From: Octopus vulgaris | Taxonomy: Eukaryota | Direction of reading: 5' to 3' | Length of the DNA: 64,000 nt | Assembly: GCA_951406725.2 (NCBI GenBank) | Contig: OX597814.1 | Location: 200,818,001 to 200,882,000 of the forward strand | Shown: positions 12,538 through 25,064 of the stretch, piece by piece | Layout: every line of letters begins with the position of its first letter | How positions within the stretch are numbered: the first letter of the stretch is position 1 | Notes under the pieces: model-generated | What the model saw: only the letters and a program-made list of their open reading frames with translations | Told to the model about the DNA's origin: nothing | The model's database searches: none | Translations under genes and position numbers: made by a program

Positions 12538-13299
12538 TTAATTATATTAATTAGGACCAGCTGCTGCTAATTACTCACAGTTATTCTAGACTTGTATCTA
12601 AACTTCTTAGAGACAGAACATTCTTACAATGTTGAGGATTCTCTTTCCCAAGTTAAGAAATTTGCTTTTCCGTATTTTTCTCACCCTAATAGTTTAATCT
12701 AGAGTTGGGGGATATTTCCAAGGACTTCACAAATTTTTTCTTTGAAAAGGAAAAAAAATTGACTCACTTTATAGACTTTTAGAATAGCCACAACCACAAG
12801 GAAAAACAAGGGCTGGAAGAGAATTTTAGAGGGCCAAAGGTCTAAGGAGGAAAGACTGGGTAGAATGGTAAGTTCTTGAGTGGAGGTTACAATGTTGGTG
12901 ACATGAGGAGTAGAGACAAGCAAACTAAATGAATCTGAATGAAATTGATCTGAGCAGAGGCCATTGTAGTAGTGGTAGAAAAGGCAGAAGGAGGAGACTG
13001 TGCATGTGTATATCAGAGATTAAATACTGTATGAGTATGAAATATTTTCGTACATGAAATCACATGCAAGTTTTCAAAATTTAAATGCCTCCTAAATGCA
13101 GCCCTGCAGTCAAAGATAATATCAAAAACTAGAGACAGCATTCTGATAAAAGCTGCTGGCATAGATGCGTGATAAAGAAATCTACTTCACAATCAGAAGG
13201 TTCCTGTAGAGAGAGACTCTTTTGGAAAGTGTCACTTGTCATAGTATGAGTGGAATTTGGGAATTTGGCAGACAGAGATTATAAAGGCTAAAAAAAAAA

Positions 13300-13835
13300 G
13301 GACCAAAGTTCCTTCACAAGCCACAGTTTCATGAAACTGGTTCCCTGGATTTTGTGGTGCATATCAGGTGCAGTCCCAGGAATTTTTTGAAGGGAGGGCA
13401 CAAGGAAAGAAGGGAATACAATTCCAAGAGTAAAGAGTAGGGCGTCCTGGCATTAGGAAGGGCATCTAGCTGGATGCCCTTAGATTAGATTAGAGTCTGG
13501 TGCAGCCATCTGATTCGCCAGACCTTAGTCAAATCGTCCAACCCATGCTAGCATGGAAAGCAGATGTTAAATGATGATGCTGATGATGGGAAGAATACAC
13601 TTCTTTCCTTGAGCCTCCCCCCCATCCTTGGGTCCACTCCTGTACATATCCACCCCTGCTTCTGGATGGGACGCTAGTCCATTACAGGCTTGCTCACTTT
13701 TCCTAGCTCAATGCTCTGAGGCAAAGTGAAATGAAGTGTTTTTCTCAAGAACACATCACATCCCCTGGTCCAGGAACTGAACTCACAATCTTACAATCAT
13801 GAGTGCAACACCCTAACCACTAAGGTATACGCATC
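13300..13835 (-). mobile_element. tRNA-derived SINE family C-like, interrupted by a small TIR element (~13366-13642) that holds an RTE UTR piece
   Basis: tRNA head at 13765-13830; CAGG...CCTG-ended insert; RTE UTR at 13445-13590. Confidence 0.55.
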
Positions 13836-13884
13836 CACCATAGTATGTGTGTGTGTGTATGTGAATGTATGTACAAATGTAAGT

Positions 13885-14252
13885 ATTCTATTCTTTTACT
13901 TGTTTCAGTCATTCAAATGTGGCCATGTTAGAGCACCACCTTTAGTCGAAGAAATCGACCCCAGGACTTTTTCTCTGTAAGCTTAGTACTTATTCTATCG
14001 GAGTCTTTTGCCAAACTGCTAAGTTGCAAGGACGTAAAAACACCAGCATTGATTGTCAAGCGATGGTGAGGTGGGGTGACAAACACATGCACATATATAA
14101 CAAGCTTCTTTCAGTTTCGGTCTACCAAATCCACTCACAGGGCTTTGATTAGCTCGAGGCTATAGTAGAAGACACTTGCCTAAGGTGCCATGCAGAGTGA
14201 CTGAACCCGCAACCATGTTAGTTAGGAAGCAAGCTTCTTACCACACAGTCAC
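13885..14252 (-). mobile_element. SINE family A
   Basis: Homology to other copies. Confidence 0.85.
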
Positions 14253-14255
14253 ATT

Positions 14256-14307
<52 letters not shown>

Positions 14308-14327
14308 TGTTTGTGTGTGTGTATATG

Positions 14328-14363
<36 letters not shown>

Positions 14364-14483
14364 AATATATATATATATATATATATATAATAGAAATATG
14401 TTACAAAGAGAAAATAGAAACTACATGTGGAAATGTAAGGGGAAAGTAAGAAGAAAAATAAGTGAAAAGGCACATTGGGACCC

Positions 14484-14540
<57 letters not shown>

Positions 14541-14599
14541 CAGTTAATTTTCTATAAGTCAGAAATAAAAGTACACTCAATATTAGTAACAGAGTAGCT

Positions 14600-14835
14600 G
14601 TATTTTTATACCATCAAACAATCTATTATTATTTATGATATCTGACTTGTCAGAATGTTACTGTTGGTTTCACACCAAATGCTGTCACTCGATAATACCG
14701 ACAAGTCTTCAGACATGCTGGTTGGACGCATGTCTGAAGTATAGTCTTGAGGTAGAATTTGATGCAAAAATCAAAAGTAACATTCTGTCCAGTTATATGC
14801 AATAACCTGTAATAGATTGCTGGACTACGTAAAAA
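14600..14835. mobile_element. Decayed foldback with two divergent HHR-like motifs (Penelope-like remnant)
   Basis: Perfect central IR CTTCAGACATGC/GCATGTCTGAAG (14707-14739); minus strand 14655-14716 reads ATGT-CTGAAGA...GAAAC-CAACA-GT-A-ACAT. Confidence 0.5.
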
Positions 14836-15427
14836 TATTTATATAATTTGTATATAGGGTAAGAAGCTTGCTTCCGAGCCCTGTGGTTCCAGGTTCAGTC
14901 CCACTGCATGAAACCTTGGGCAGGTGTCTTCTACTATAGCCTTAAGCTGACCAAAGTCTTGTGAGTGAATTTGGTAGACAGAAACTGAAAGGAGCCTGAC
15001 TTTAATCATAAATTAATATGTTCTCAAACCGGCGTAAACTACTGCAGTGAATTACTCATGCAGCATTTATTTCCGGGAATTTGGCACGCTAGTACGAGGG
15101 CATTTGAATGTAACTGTGACTATAATAGGCCGAACTGTTCGTGTCTTTGACCTCGTGTTAATATATAGTGTGCAGTTCGACAAATTATATTTTATGATGT
15201 ACTCCACCGATGATCTGAGGATAATTATGTAAGTAAAATTGCATAATTTATTAACAGTGAAATAATTGTATGGGGTTAATCTATATTTTTGTTATTTTTC
15301 ATTTGTCCTGCTTGCTTACGTTCTTAGTGTGCTAAATTTTTCCCGAGAATAATTCTTAGTGGTTCAGTCCCTTTGCGGATCTATATCTAGCATAAGAGCG
15401 TCCACATTGTGGATTCTCTCTCATATT

Positions 15428-15476
<49 letters not shown>

Positions 15477-15480
<4 letters not shown>

Positions 15481-16333
15481 TATATAATTAGGGCTTAGTA
15501 AAATAAATTACTTTGCCACATACTGAACTTTCTAGAAATAGCAGCCAAAAAGTTTCTTAGCCATTTCCACTACTTTAAGAAAATTTCTCTCAGATAATGT
15601 TTACTCATAAATAACTCACGAAGGTATGGGGGTAAAAACAGAAAAATATCACAAGTACAAAGATCATTTGAGAACGTTAATGTTTCTAGATTAGCCAAAT
15701 AAACTCAGCATTTCTTTCGTCAGCTCAACATTTCTTAATTTGGATTTGGAAGCACTAAAAGGAAGAACATACCCTTTGGTGACGTATCACCTCAGATGAA
15801 CACGTTCCGACTGCCAGTACTAACAAATTCAAAATGCGCAAGCGAAGATTCCTGCTCTCTCCCCTTCCACCCATGTGGGTTATCTAGTAAACATATATTT
15901 TAACGGTGAGAACCGAAGCAATAGAACAGAGAGAAATGAATTATAATATCAACAATTGAGGGTAAAATTAATTAGTTATTAATCAATTTCACCAAGTAGT
16001 GTTCAGTGTTCAGTATTATTTGGCTAATCTAGAAACGTTAACGTTCTCAAATGATCTTTGTACTTGTGATATTTTTCTGTTTTTACCCCCATACCTTCGT
16101 GAGTTATTTATGAGTAAACATTATCTGAGAGAAATTTTCTTAAAGTAGTGGAAATGGCTAAGAAACTTTTTGGCTGCTATTTCTAGAAAGTTCAGTATGT
16201 GGCAAAGTAATTTATTTTACTAAGCCCTAATTATATAATGTAATATTTTAAATTCGCCTTAAATGGTCCTTTTACATACTGAACACTACTTGGTGAAATT
16301 GATTAATAACTAATTAATTTTACCCTCAATTGT

Positions 16334-16340
<7 letters not shown>
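15477..16340. mobile_element. Young element with interleaved inverted repeats (Penelope-like pLTR rearrangement) between (TA)n tracts
   Basis: 15477-15702 is the reverse complement of 16016-16241 (one mismatch seen); 15944-16007 is the reverse complement of 16278-16340. Confidence 0.7.
15668..15728 (-). ncRNA. Type I hammerhead ribozyme-like motif
   Basis: TTGAG-CTGACGA-[stem II]-GAAAC-ATTAAC-GT-T-CTCAA: perfect 5-bp stem I, near-palindromic stem III; base of stem II imperfect. Confidence 0.65.
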
Positions 16341-16431
<91 letters not shown>

Positions 16432-16675
16432 TTATATATATATATATCTCAATATTTAATTTATCGTTACATTTGTATATATAAAGATAAATTAAATATT
16501 GAGATGTTCTATTGACTTTCAATCATTTATTTATATTATTTATTTATGTTACAATATTACATTAAATACTATGAATATTAATATATAACATAAAATAATA
16601 TTATATAAATTCAAATATAATCATAGAATTATTTTATCTCTGACAAAAAACATCTTTCCAAGGATAGTTCCTTTT

Positions 16676-16717
16676 TAACCCTGAAGAAGGGACTTGTATG
16701 TCCCGAAATATTGGATA
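16676..16717 (+). ncRNA. Minimal type I hammerhead ribozyme-like motif
   Basis: TAACC-CTGAAGA-A-GGGAC-TTGTAT-GTCCC-GAA-ATAT-T-GGATA; lies between AT-rich inverted arms ~16485-16610 / 16900-17015. Confidence 0.7.
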
Positions 16718-17097
16718 CATGTACAACCAAAGATTACCAGGTAACTTACTTTTACTTTGCCTTACCTCATCTTATAATCTATTTGCATTGTTTGGCCTTT
16801 TAAATCTTTCAACATTATATTCTATATACAATGCTTCAAGCAAACTATAAAATCTAATTATAAAAACAAATTGTTGGACTTTTTTGGTTTTTATAATTAT
16901 TGATATAATATTATGTTATGTTATATATTAATATTCATAGTATTTAATGTAATATTATAATATAAATAAATTATTGAATGTTGATAGAATATCTCTATAT
17001 ATAATTTATCTTTATTATTGAATTATATTTATATGGTATCCAACTGAAGTACCAGTAAATTGGATGTTTAACACACCTCCTAGTTACTTTATGTATT

Positions 17098-17155
<58 letters not shown>

Positions 17156-17547
17156 TGTTTGTGCGTCTTTGTGTTTGTGTTTGTCCGCCACCACTGCTTG
17201 ACAGCAGTGTCAGTGCATTTATGTCCCTGTAACTTAGTGGTTTGGCAAAAGAGACCGATAGGATAAATACTAGGCTTAAAAGAAATATGAGTAGTGTGAA
17301 CCGATTCATTCAACTGAAAACTCTCCATGGTGGTGCTCCAGCATGGCCACAGTCTAATGACTGAAACTTGTAGAAGGCAGAAAGGATGTATGCATTGAAA
17401 AATGGACATAAACTAATAAAATAAATGAACAAATACATCATCATCATAATCAACACCATCATCATCAATGTATGTATGTGTGTGTTTGTGTGTGTGCATC
17501 TTTTCACTGATTTACATCATTTCACTGATATATATATATATATATAT

Positions 17548-18411
17548 CATCATCATCATCATCATCGTTAACACCCGTTTTCCGTGCTAGCACGGGTTGG
17601 ACGGTTCGACCGGGGTCTGGGAAGCCAGGAGGCTGCACCAGGCTCCAGTCTGATCTGGCAGTGTTTCTACAGCTGGATGCCCTTCATAACGCCAACCACT
17701 CCGTGAGTGTAGTGGGTGCTTTTTACGTGCAACCAGCACAGGTGCCAGGGGAGTCTGGCAGCATCCACAATCGGTTGGTGCTTTTTACGTGTCACCGGCA
17801 CAGGAGCCAGTCAAGGCGGCACTGGCATTGGCCACGCTCGGATGGTGCTTTTTACGTGCCACCGGCACAGGTATCACAACTATTTCCATTTGATATTTAT
17901 TTTGATGTTGATGTACTTGACTCAATAGGTATCCTCAAGCACAGCAGGTTGTTCTGAAATCCAAGGTACTTTGAATGGGCTGGGGCTATGTGGAACTGGT
18001 GCAGGAAGCAGCCTGGGTCTTTGCAGTCACAGCATATCTCCAGAGATCTCGGTCCTTTGTCATTGCCTCTGTGAGGCCCAATGCTCTAAGGTCATGCTTG
18101 ACCACCTCATCCCATGTCTTCCTGAGTCTACCTCTCCCCCTGATACCTTCATCTGTTTGGGAGTGGCAATTCTTCACACATCTCCGCTCATCCATCCGCA
18201 GTACATGACCATACCATCACAAGCGTTGCTCTTGCTCACCACATCTGATGCTTCTTATGTCCAGAATTTCTCTCAGGGTGCTTACACTCTGTCGTGAGTG
18301 CACACTGACATTACACATCCAGCGGATCATGTTAGCTTCATTTCTTTCAAGTCTACGCATGTCCTCTGCAGTCACAGCCCATGTTTCACTACCGTGAAGC
18401 ATGGCGGTTCG

Positions 18412-18412
<1 letters not shown>
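17548..18412 (-). mobile_element. RTE-clade LINE, 5'-truncated (RT C-terminus + 3' UTR + (GAT)n tail)
   Basis: RTAMLHGSETWAVT...RL*WYGHVLRMDE...RGRGRLRKTWDEVVKHDL...DRDLWR; one stop. Confidence 0.9.
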
Positions 18413-18447
<35 letters not shown>

Positions 18448-19545
18448 TGTATATCAGTAAAAGCTGCTAATATTGATGAAAAAACCCCTGATAAACCAGC
18501 AAATAAGTACTTTGTGATATTTGTTCTGCCGAAGTTGCACAGATGTTTTCCTCTCATCCCTCTCAATATTGTAAATACAGCGAACTATTGTTTAGTTCGT
18601 TGGAAACACAGAAATAATGAGATGAAACCACATTAAATAAATGAATATAATGTTGTTGAATAAAATATTCAAACATGAGATTTAGAACGGTTTTTACCAC
18701 ATGCAAGATTTCTAATGGATGAAATCAGATACTCAGAATTAGTGTCTGCTAGTTCAGCATGACATGTGGATGGAGAATCCATTAATATTCTCTTTTACTT
18801 TTCCAACAGGATATATTAAATGCTTCCAAACAATTTTGATACCATTAATCATTGATTCCTACCATTTTGTGTTTAGTTTACACAATATATTGTGAATACC
18901 TTCCCAACGACTTAAAAATATTAGCTAGTGAACGCAGTTTAATATTTTCCTAGCTTTTTCTTTTTCATATTATTATATCTATTCTAGCCATCCATAGTAT
19001 TTTCATTGTTGTTTGATATTTGTGTATTAGGTTTGTCAAGGAACTTTCTTTGAGACATTGATGAAGGTTTTGTTAGACTCCTACACAAAGTCACTACGTG
19101 GCTTTTAGGATCATCTAACAGTTAGCAGAATGTATTATAAAAACAAATATGATATGGTTTACGTGTGGATTGTCATATGTCCATAATTCTGAAACTTGCC
19201 AAGCAACTTTGGGTTTTTTGAGGGTTTTTTTCTATATAGAAGGTGAGTCTTTTACAGAAACAAAGAGCACTCTAAATCTATGAAGAATGACACTTATAAC
19301 TATAAATAGGAAAATTATAAAACCGATGGTATTGAACAAATGAACAAAATAAATATTTTTGTTTTTTCTTACTGTACTCTGCATTACAGACAAAGCTACA
19401 AATATCACTAAAGGCGGCTTTATAGCCAACTTCTGCTAAGATGAGTTAAGGATCAGAAAAGTTCTATGAGAAATGAATGTTGTTAGATCTGTTACTGCAT
19501 GCTTTTACAGCGTTAATGTTTGCTTTGTTAAAAGATTTTTATCAG

Positions 19546-19684
19546 GGAAATTCTCTTAATGGATGCACAGCAGATGCTATGTGATGTGTACAAAAGAGAA
19601 GAGTATATCAAAATAAGAGAAAATGAAATGAAAAGCAAAACTGTAAAAGAGTTCCGAACTATTTTACAGTTTATTCTATTTGTA
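19546..19684 (+). CDS. Candidate internal exon (139 nt), EILLMDAQQMLCDVYKREEYIKIRENEMKSKTVKEFRTILQFILFV
   Basis: TTTTTATCAG acceptor, GTA|GTAAGA donor, protein-like composition in unique DNA; no protein recognised. Confidence 0.3.
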
Positions 19685-19987
19685 GTAAGAATAAAAAACA
19701 ACAACAACAACAATGATGGCTTACAAAGAAAATATCAGAATGAAAATAGAAATTTAGGGAAGAAATAAATTTTTTTGTTTGAACTATTTGTAGGAGGCAA
19801 GAGAGAAATTTTGTGGCTGAGAAATTGGTTTTGCAATCATATGGTTTTGTGTTCATTTCTACTTTGTTGAAACACTGTGGCCGTGGGTTGGCCAAAGCCT
19901 AGTGAGGGAAATAAGACAGCGAGCTGGCAGAAACGTTAGCACCCGGCCGAAATGTTTGGCGGCATTTCGTCTGTCTTTATGTTCTGA

Positions 19988-20218
19988 ACAGGCAATGGCC
20001 TGAACAATAATAATAATAATAATAATGATAATAATAACAAAAGTGAAAAACACCTTAGGAACGAGAACCCAGGTTTGAAATTTCCCCAAGACACCTGATG
20101 GAGGCTGGAGGGTACATCAGCCGAAATGTTGTGTTAACAACGAACAAGATGAGGACAAATATCCATCAATTGTAAATAATGTACATAATTCTTCATCTCT
20201 TAGATATAGAAGTGTATA
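19988..20218 (+). mobile_element. HHR-bearing SINE-like element F, copy 1 (5'-truncated), inserted in a SINE B (19912-20370)
   Basis: TSD TATGTTCTGA (19978-19987) / TACGTTCTGA (20219-20228); end of tRNA-like head, (TAA)n, HHR at 20090-20135. Confidence 0.75.
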
Positions 20219-20519
20219 TACGTTCTGAGTTCAGATTCTGCAGAGGTCAACTTTGCCTTTAATCCTTTCGGGGTCGATAAATCAAGTACCAGTTGCATAC
20301 TGGGGTCAATCTAATCGACTGGCCTCCACCCCCAAAATTTTGGGCCTTGTGCCTGGAGTGGAAAAGAATACCTTGTGAAGGAAATTTGGTTGGCAGAAAC
20401 TATAGGAAGCCCATCTTACACATCTATGTATGTGTCTATCTGTCTACATATATATCTGTGTGTGTGTATGAGTGTGTCTGTATATGTGTGTGTGTGTGTA
20501 AGTGCATATATATTTTTTT

Positions 20520-21190
20520 TTTCTTTTATTCTTTTACTTGTTTCAGTCATTTGACTGTGGCCATGCTGGAGCACTGCATTGAAGGGTTTTTAGTCAAATG
20601 AATCAACCCCAATACTTATTTCTTTTTAAAGCATGGTATTTATTCTAATGGGCTTTTTTTATTGAACCACTATGTCACAGGGACATAAACACACCAACAC
20701 CAGTTACCGAGCAGTGATAGGGGTCAAACACAGACACTAAGACACATACACAAACACCCACACAAACACACACACACACTCACACACAGACACATATATA
20801 TACATACACACATACATACATCATCCCCATCCTCATCATCGTTTAATGTCCGTTTTCCATGCTGGCATGGGTTGGACGTTTTGACTGGGGGACTGGCAAG
20901 TCAGGAGGCTATGCCAGGCTCCAGTCTGATGTGGCAAGGTTTCTACAGCTGGATGCCCTTCCTAATGCCAATCACTCTGAAAGTGTAGTGGGTGCTTTTT
21001 ACATTGCCACCGACACGGGAGCAAGTTAGGCGGCACTGGCATCGACCATGTTCAGATGGTGCTTTTTATGTGCCACCAGCACATATGACAGGCTTCTTTC
21101 AGTTTCTCTCTACCAAATCCACTCACAAGGCTTTGGCTGGCCTGAAGCTATAGTAGAACACACTTGCCCAAAGCATCTCACAGTGTGACA
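20520..21190 (-). mobile_element. SINE A interrupted by an RTE 3' UTR fragment (~20820-21082)
   Basis: Homology to both families. Confidence 0.75.
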
Positions 21191-21279
21191 TTATTTATAT
21201 ATGTCTATATCTATCTATCTGTCTGTCTGTCTGACTGTCTGTCTGTCTGTCTGTATGTATGTATGTATGTAGGAATGTA

Positions 21280-21660
21280 TAGGCACAAGTGTGGATGTGT
21301 AGTAAGGAGTTTGCAGGGTGGCAAGCTGGCAGAATTGTTAGCACACCGAGTGAAATGCTTGGCGGTATTTCATCTGCCGCTACGTTCTGAGTTCAAATTC
21401 TGCTGAGGTTGACTTTACCTTTCATCCTTTCAGGGTTGATAAATTAAGTACCAGTTAAGTGCTGGGGTCGATGACATCCACTTTCCCCTTCCCCCAAAAT
21501 TTCAGGCCTTGTGCCTAGAGTAGAAAAGAAGTTTGCTTCTCAACCATATGGTTCTGGGTTCAGTCCCACGGCATGGCATCTTGGACAAGCATATTCTACT
21601 ATAGGCCAACCAAAATCTTGTGAGTTGATTTTGTAGACAGAAACTGAAAGGAACCTGTCA
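21280..21660 (+). mobile_element. SINE A head with nested SINE B (~21315-21530)
   Basis: AAGGAGTTTGC / AAGAAGTTTGC duplication flanks the SINE B. Confidence 0.7.
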
Positions 21661-21677
21661 TAGTATATATGGACTAA

Positions 21678-21992
21678 GATACCTGGCACCTGGCTGTACT
21701 CAAGAAGACCCGTACTCCACAGCTGAAGTGTTGAGGCCACTCCTCCTGGTGAAGTGGATTGACCAGCAAGAGTCTCGTAATAGTGTCATGTAAAAACGCC
21801 TGTGTGGTATCATGTAAAAGTGCTTATGCAGTGTCCCATAGAAGCACCAAGCACACACTGTAAAGTGGTTGGTGTTAGGAAGGGCATCTGACTGTAGAAA
21901 CCAAGCTAAATCAGACAGGAACCTGGTGCAGCTCTCCAGCTTGCTAGCTCCGGTCAAACTGTCCCACCCATGCCAACATGGAAAACATGTGT
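21678..21992 (+). mobile_element. RTE LINE extreme 3' fragment
   Basis: Last codons DTWHLAVLKKT followed by the conserved UTR. Confidence 0.65.
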
Positions 21993-22054
21993 TATATATA
22001 TATATATATATATATATGCGCACAGATAAATTGTTAGCTAGTTAACTAAAAACA

Positions 22055-22173
22055 TAGATAGATAGATAGACATACAAATAGATAGACAGGTAGGTAGACA
22101 GGTAGGTAGATAAATAGCTAGATAGTTAGATAGACGGACAGATAGGTAGATAAATAGGTAGGTAGGTCGATAA

Positions 22174-22217
<44 letters not shown>

Positions 22218-22380
22218 GTAGGTAGGTAGATAGGTAGGTAGGTTGATAGGTAGGCAGGTAGGCAGATAGACAGAAGTTGAGGGAGAGAGAGAGAGAGAGA
22301 CCAACAAATAGATAGATACATGTTCAAGCGTGTGTGTGTATGTGTGTGTGTGTGTGCGTGTGTGTGTGTATGTGTGTGCA
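22055..22380. repeat. (TAGA)n/(TAGG)n/(TG)n compound microsatellite
   Basis: Direct reading. Confidence 0.9.
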
Positions 22381-24499
22381 TGCACATTAATAGTAAAGAA
22401 AAGTCCTGCACATATGAATTCTGTCATTTGTTTACAGCCCTCTGTGAAAACATGTCTAGTCACAGAAGTATTCATTATTCTAAGTACTAGAAGGGACTTT
22501 ACATGGAAACAGGTGAGGGCTGATTACAGGAAGAGTATCCAGCCATTGTAAGATCTGCCCCAACATCTTTTCCCTGACTGATGCAAGCATGAGAAAGTGA
22601 ATATAAAAATGATTGATGATGATAATGATGATGATGATGATGATGATGATGGTTCAGTCCCCCTTCATGGCACAATGATCAAATGTCTTCTACTAGACCT
22701 TGAGGTTAATGAAAGCTTTGGGAATGCATTTGGTAGACATCCCAGGCACACAAAAGCAGCAGTTATTCAAGAGTGGCTGTGTGGTAAGATTAGGTTTTCA
22801 CTCAGTGCTCAGTGCTTTGATGTAAGTTGGTCTTCTTATTAATGAATATCCTGGACGTTCTGAGCTAAGCTGAAAACACTTTTTCCTGATAGAGAAATCA
22901 GCAAACAAAACACATTTATTGATATGTGTGAAAGTTGAATTAAATTAATATATACATCTAACACAGCTTTAGATTAAAATATGTAACATTTATAACATTT
23001 ATAATGTGTATAAGATCATGGAATGACACTTGCTGTACTATTATTTTGTCTTGAAGAAATATCTCAAAGACACTTGAATATAAAATCCACAGGGCATCAC
23101 TCAGAATGCTAATAGATCAACAGATTTGGTGTTTTGACCTGATCTGGTTTCCTCAGCAGGAACACCCTAGACGAAACAACTTCTATATCCAGCCTGTTTT
23201 CATTATGTTCTTCATATTTTCAAGACAGCAATTGAGAATCATTCATCTCTGTCAAGGAACCAATTTCCCTATTACCAGAACCAGAACCAGAATCCATGTG
23301 GTCAAGACTGTAATTGTGATTTAATATCTGAGTTACTCTGTTGCTATAATCTCTTTGGTCTAATTGAATTTCCAATTCAACTTGCAAATAGCCTACTGGC
23401 TTGACTAAGTTTTATTTATTTATTCATTTTGTTTTTTTGATATATCATTTTTTTTTTAATGCAGAATCATGAAAATCAGGCAGGAAACCTATGAAAAATG
23501 AACACATAAACAGATATTAATAAAACTACAATATCCAGTATAGTTGATGCATTGATGTCGTGAGAGCAGCGTGTCTTTAATAAATACACCATTGGTCATC
23601 ACGCATTTACTAAATCTATTAATTTGCTCATGTTTTATTTATAAGTTCTGGAAAATAAAAAAGATGAAAATGAACAAAATATGGAATTATACTGACAACT
23701 AGATGTATTGTATACAGTAAGAAGTGGCATTTCAAACTTTATTGTCTAGAAACATAATATTTATGTTTGCGACAAACTCCATAAAAGCACTTTGTATAGT
23801 TGTTGTTTGTTTCTCTTCATATATTTCAGCTTTCTCTCAATTGATTGTGCATTGAGAGAAGATATAAGGTTTTAAAAATATTATGAGATTGGTATCATAA
23901 ATTGTATGAATGAGAAAAGTAAATCAACAAATGGAACGTTTTCAGTTTTGTATTTCATTAAATCAAAAATAGATATATGGGTCAAAATAAGATTAGTGTT
24001 AGTCTGTGAGAAGCTGTCAAGATTATATTATTTAGGAAATATTTTTGATTGAAATTGGTTCAGTAAAAACGAAACTTTCTAATGCATTGCTGAAGAAGAC
24101 AAAAAAAATTTTTTAATAATATTGAATTATTAAAATTATTTTGCTTTTCTTACATTCGCATGTGCTGTCAGGTTTAAAGTGGAGGAAAAATGATAAATGA
24201 AATTAAACAAGTGGATGTTTCACCCTTTTACTTTATTAATATGGGTGACGGTCAGAGACATTCTAACCATGACCATCAAGGTTTTTTCTCATTTTCAAAT
24301 GGAGGACTACATTTTGAATTGTTTTTTTTTCTCTCTTAAGATGATAAAATATGATTTATCTTCTATCTTCTTTCTTTTATTTGTTTCAGTCATTTGACTG
24401 TGGCCATGCTGGGGCACCACCTTGAAGAGTTTTAGTTGAACAAATCAACCCCATGACTGAATTTTTTAAACATGGTACTTATTCTGTTGGCAGAATTGT

Positions 24500-24738
24500 G
24501 ACGCATTGTTTCCTTGAGCAAGACACTTTATTTCACGTTGCTCCAATCCACTCAGCTGGCAAAAATGAGTAGGACCTGTATTTCACACTCTGTGTCATGT
24601 TGACTCGCCCTGAGAATTATGTTCAGGGTACATGCATCTGTGGAGTGCTCAGCCACTTGCACGTTAATTTCATGAGCAAGCTGTTCCGTTGATCGTATCA
24701 GCTGGAACTTTCGTCGTCATAACCAACGGAGTGCTCCA
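24500..24738 (+). mobile_element. SINE family C body
   Basis: CCTTGAGCAAGACACTTTATTTCACGTTGCTCCA..CCACTCAGCTGGCAAAAATGAGT; paralogs at 27620 and 36235. Confidence 0.75.
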
Positions 24739-24857
24739 TATATATATATATATATTCAATATTGTAAAATTGTAAAAATTGCAAATAATAAAATGTGAAA
24801 AATCAGACTAAGTTGGAAATACATACACACAAACATACATACATACATACATACATG

Positions 24858-24903
<46 letters not shown>

Positions 24904-25024
24904 CACACATATATAAGTATGTAATATAATTTTTCTGAATTTTCAGATTTTAATATGCTAGACCACTGGTTTTAAATTGATATTAAGCAAATTAATATTC
25001 AATTTTTCACTCTTATTATTTAAA

Positions 25025-25064
<40 letters not shown>

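Noticed and set aside
23106-23324. 72-aa ORF in unique sequence
   Set aside because: No consistent splice sites or recognisable motifs
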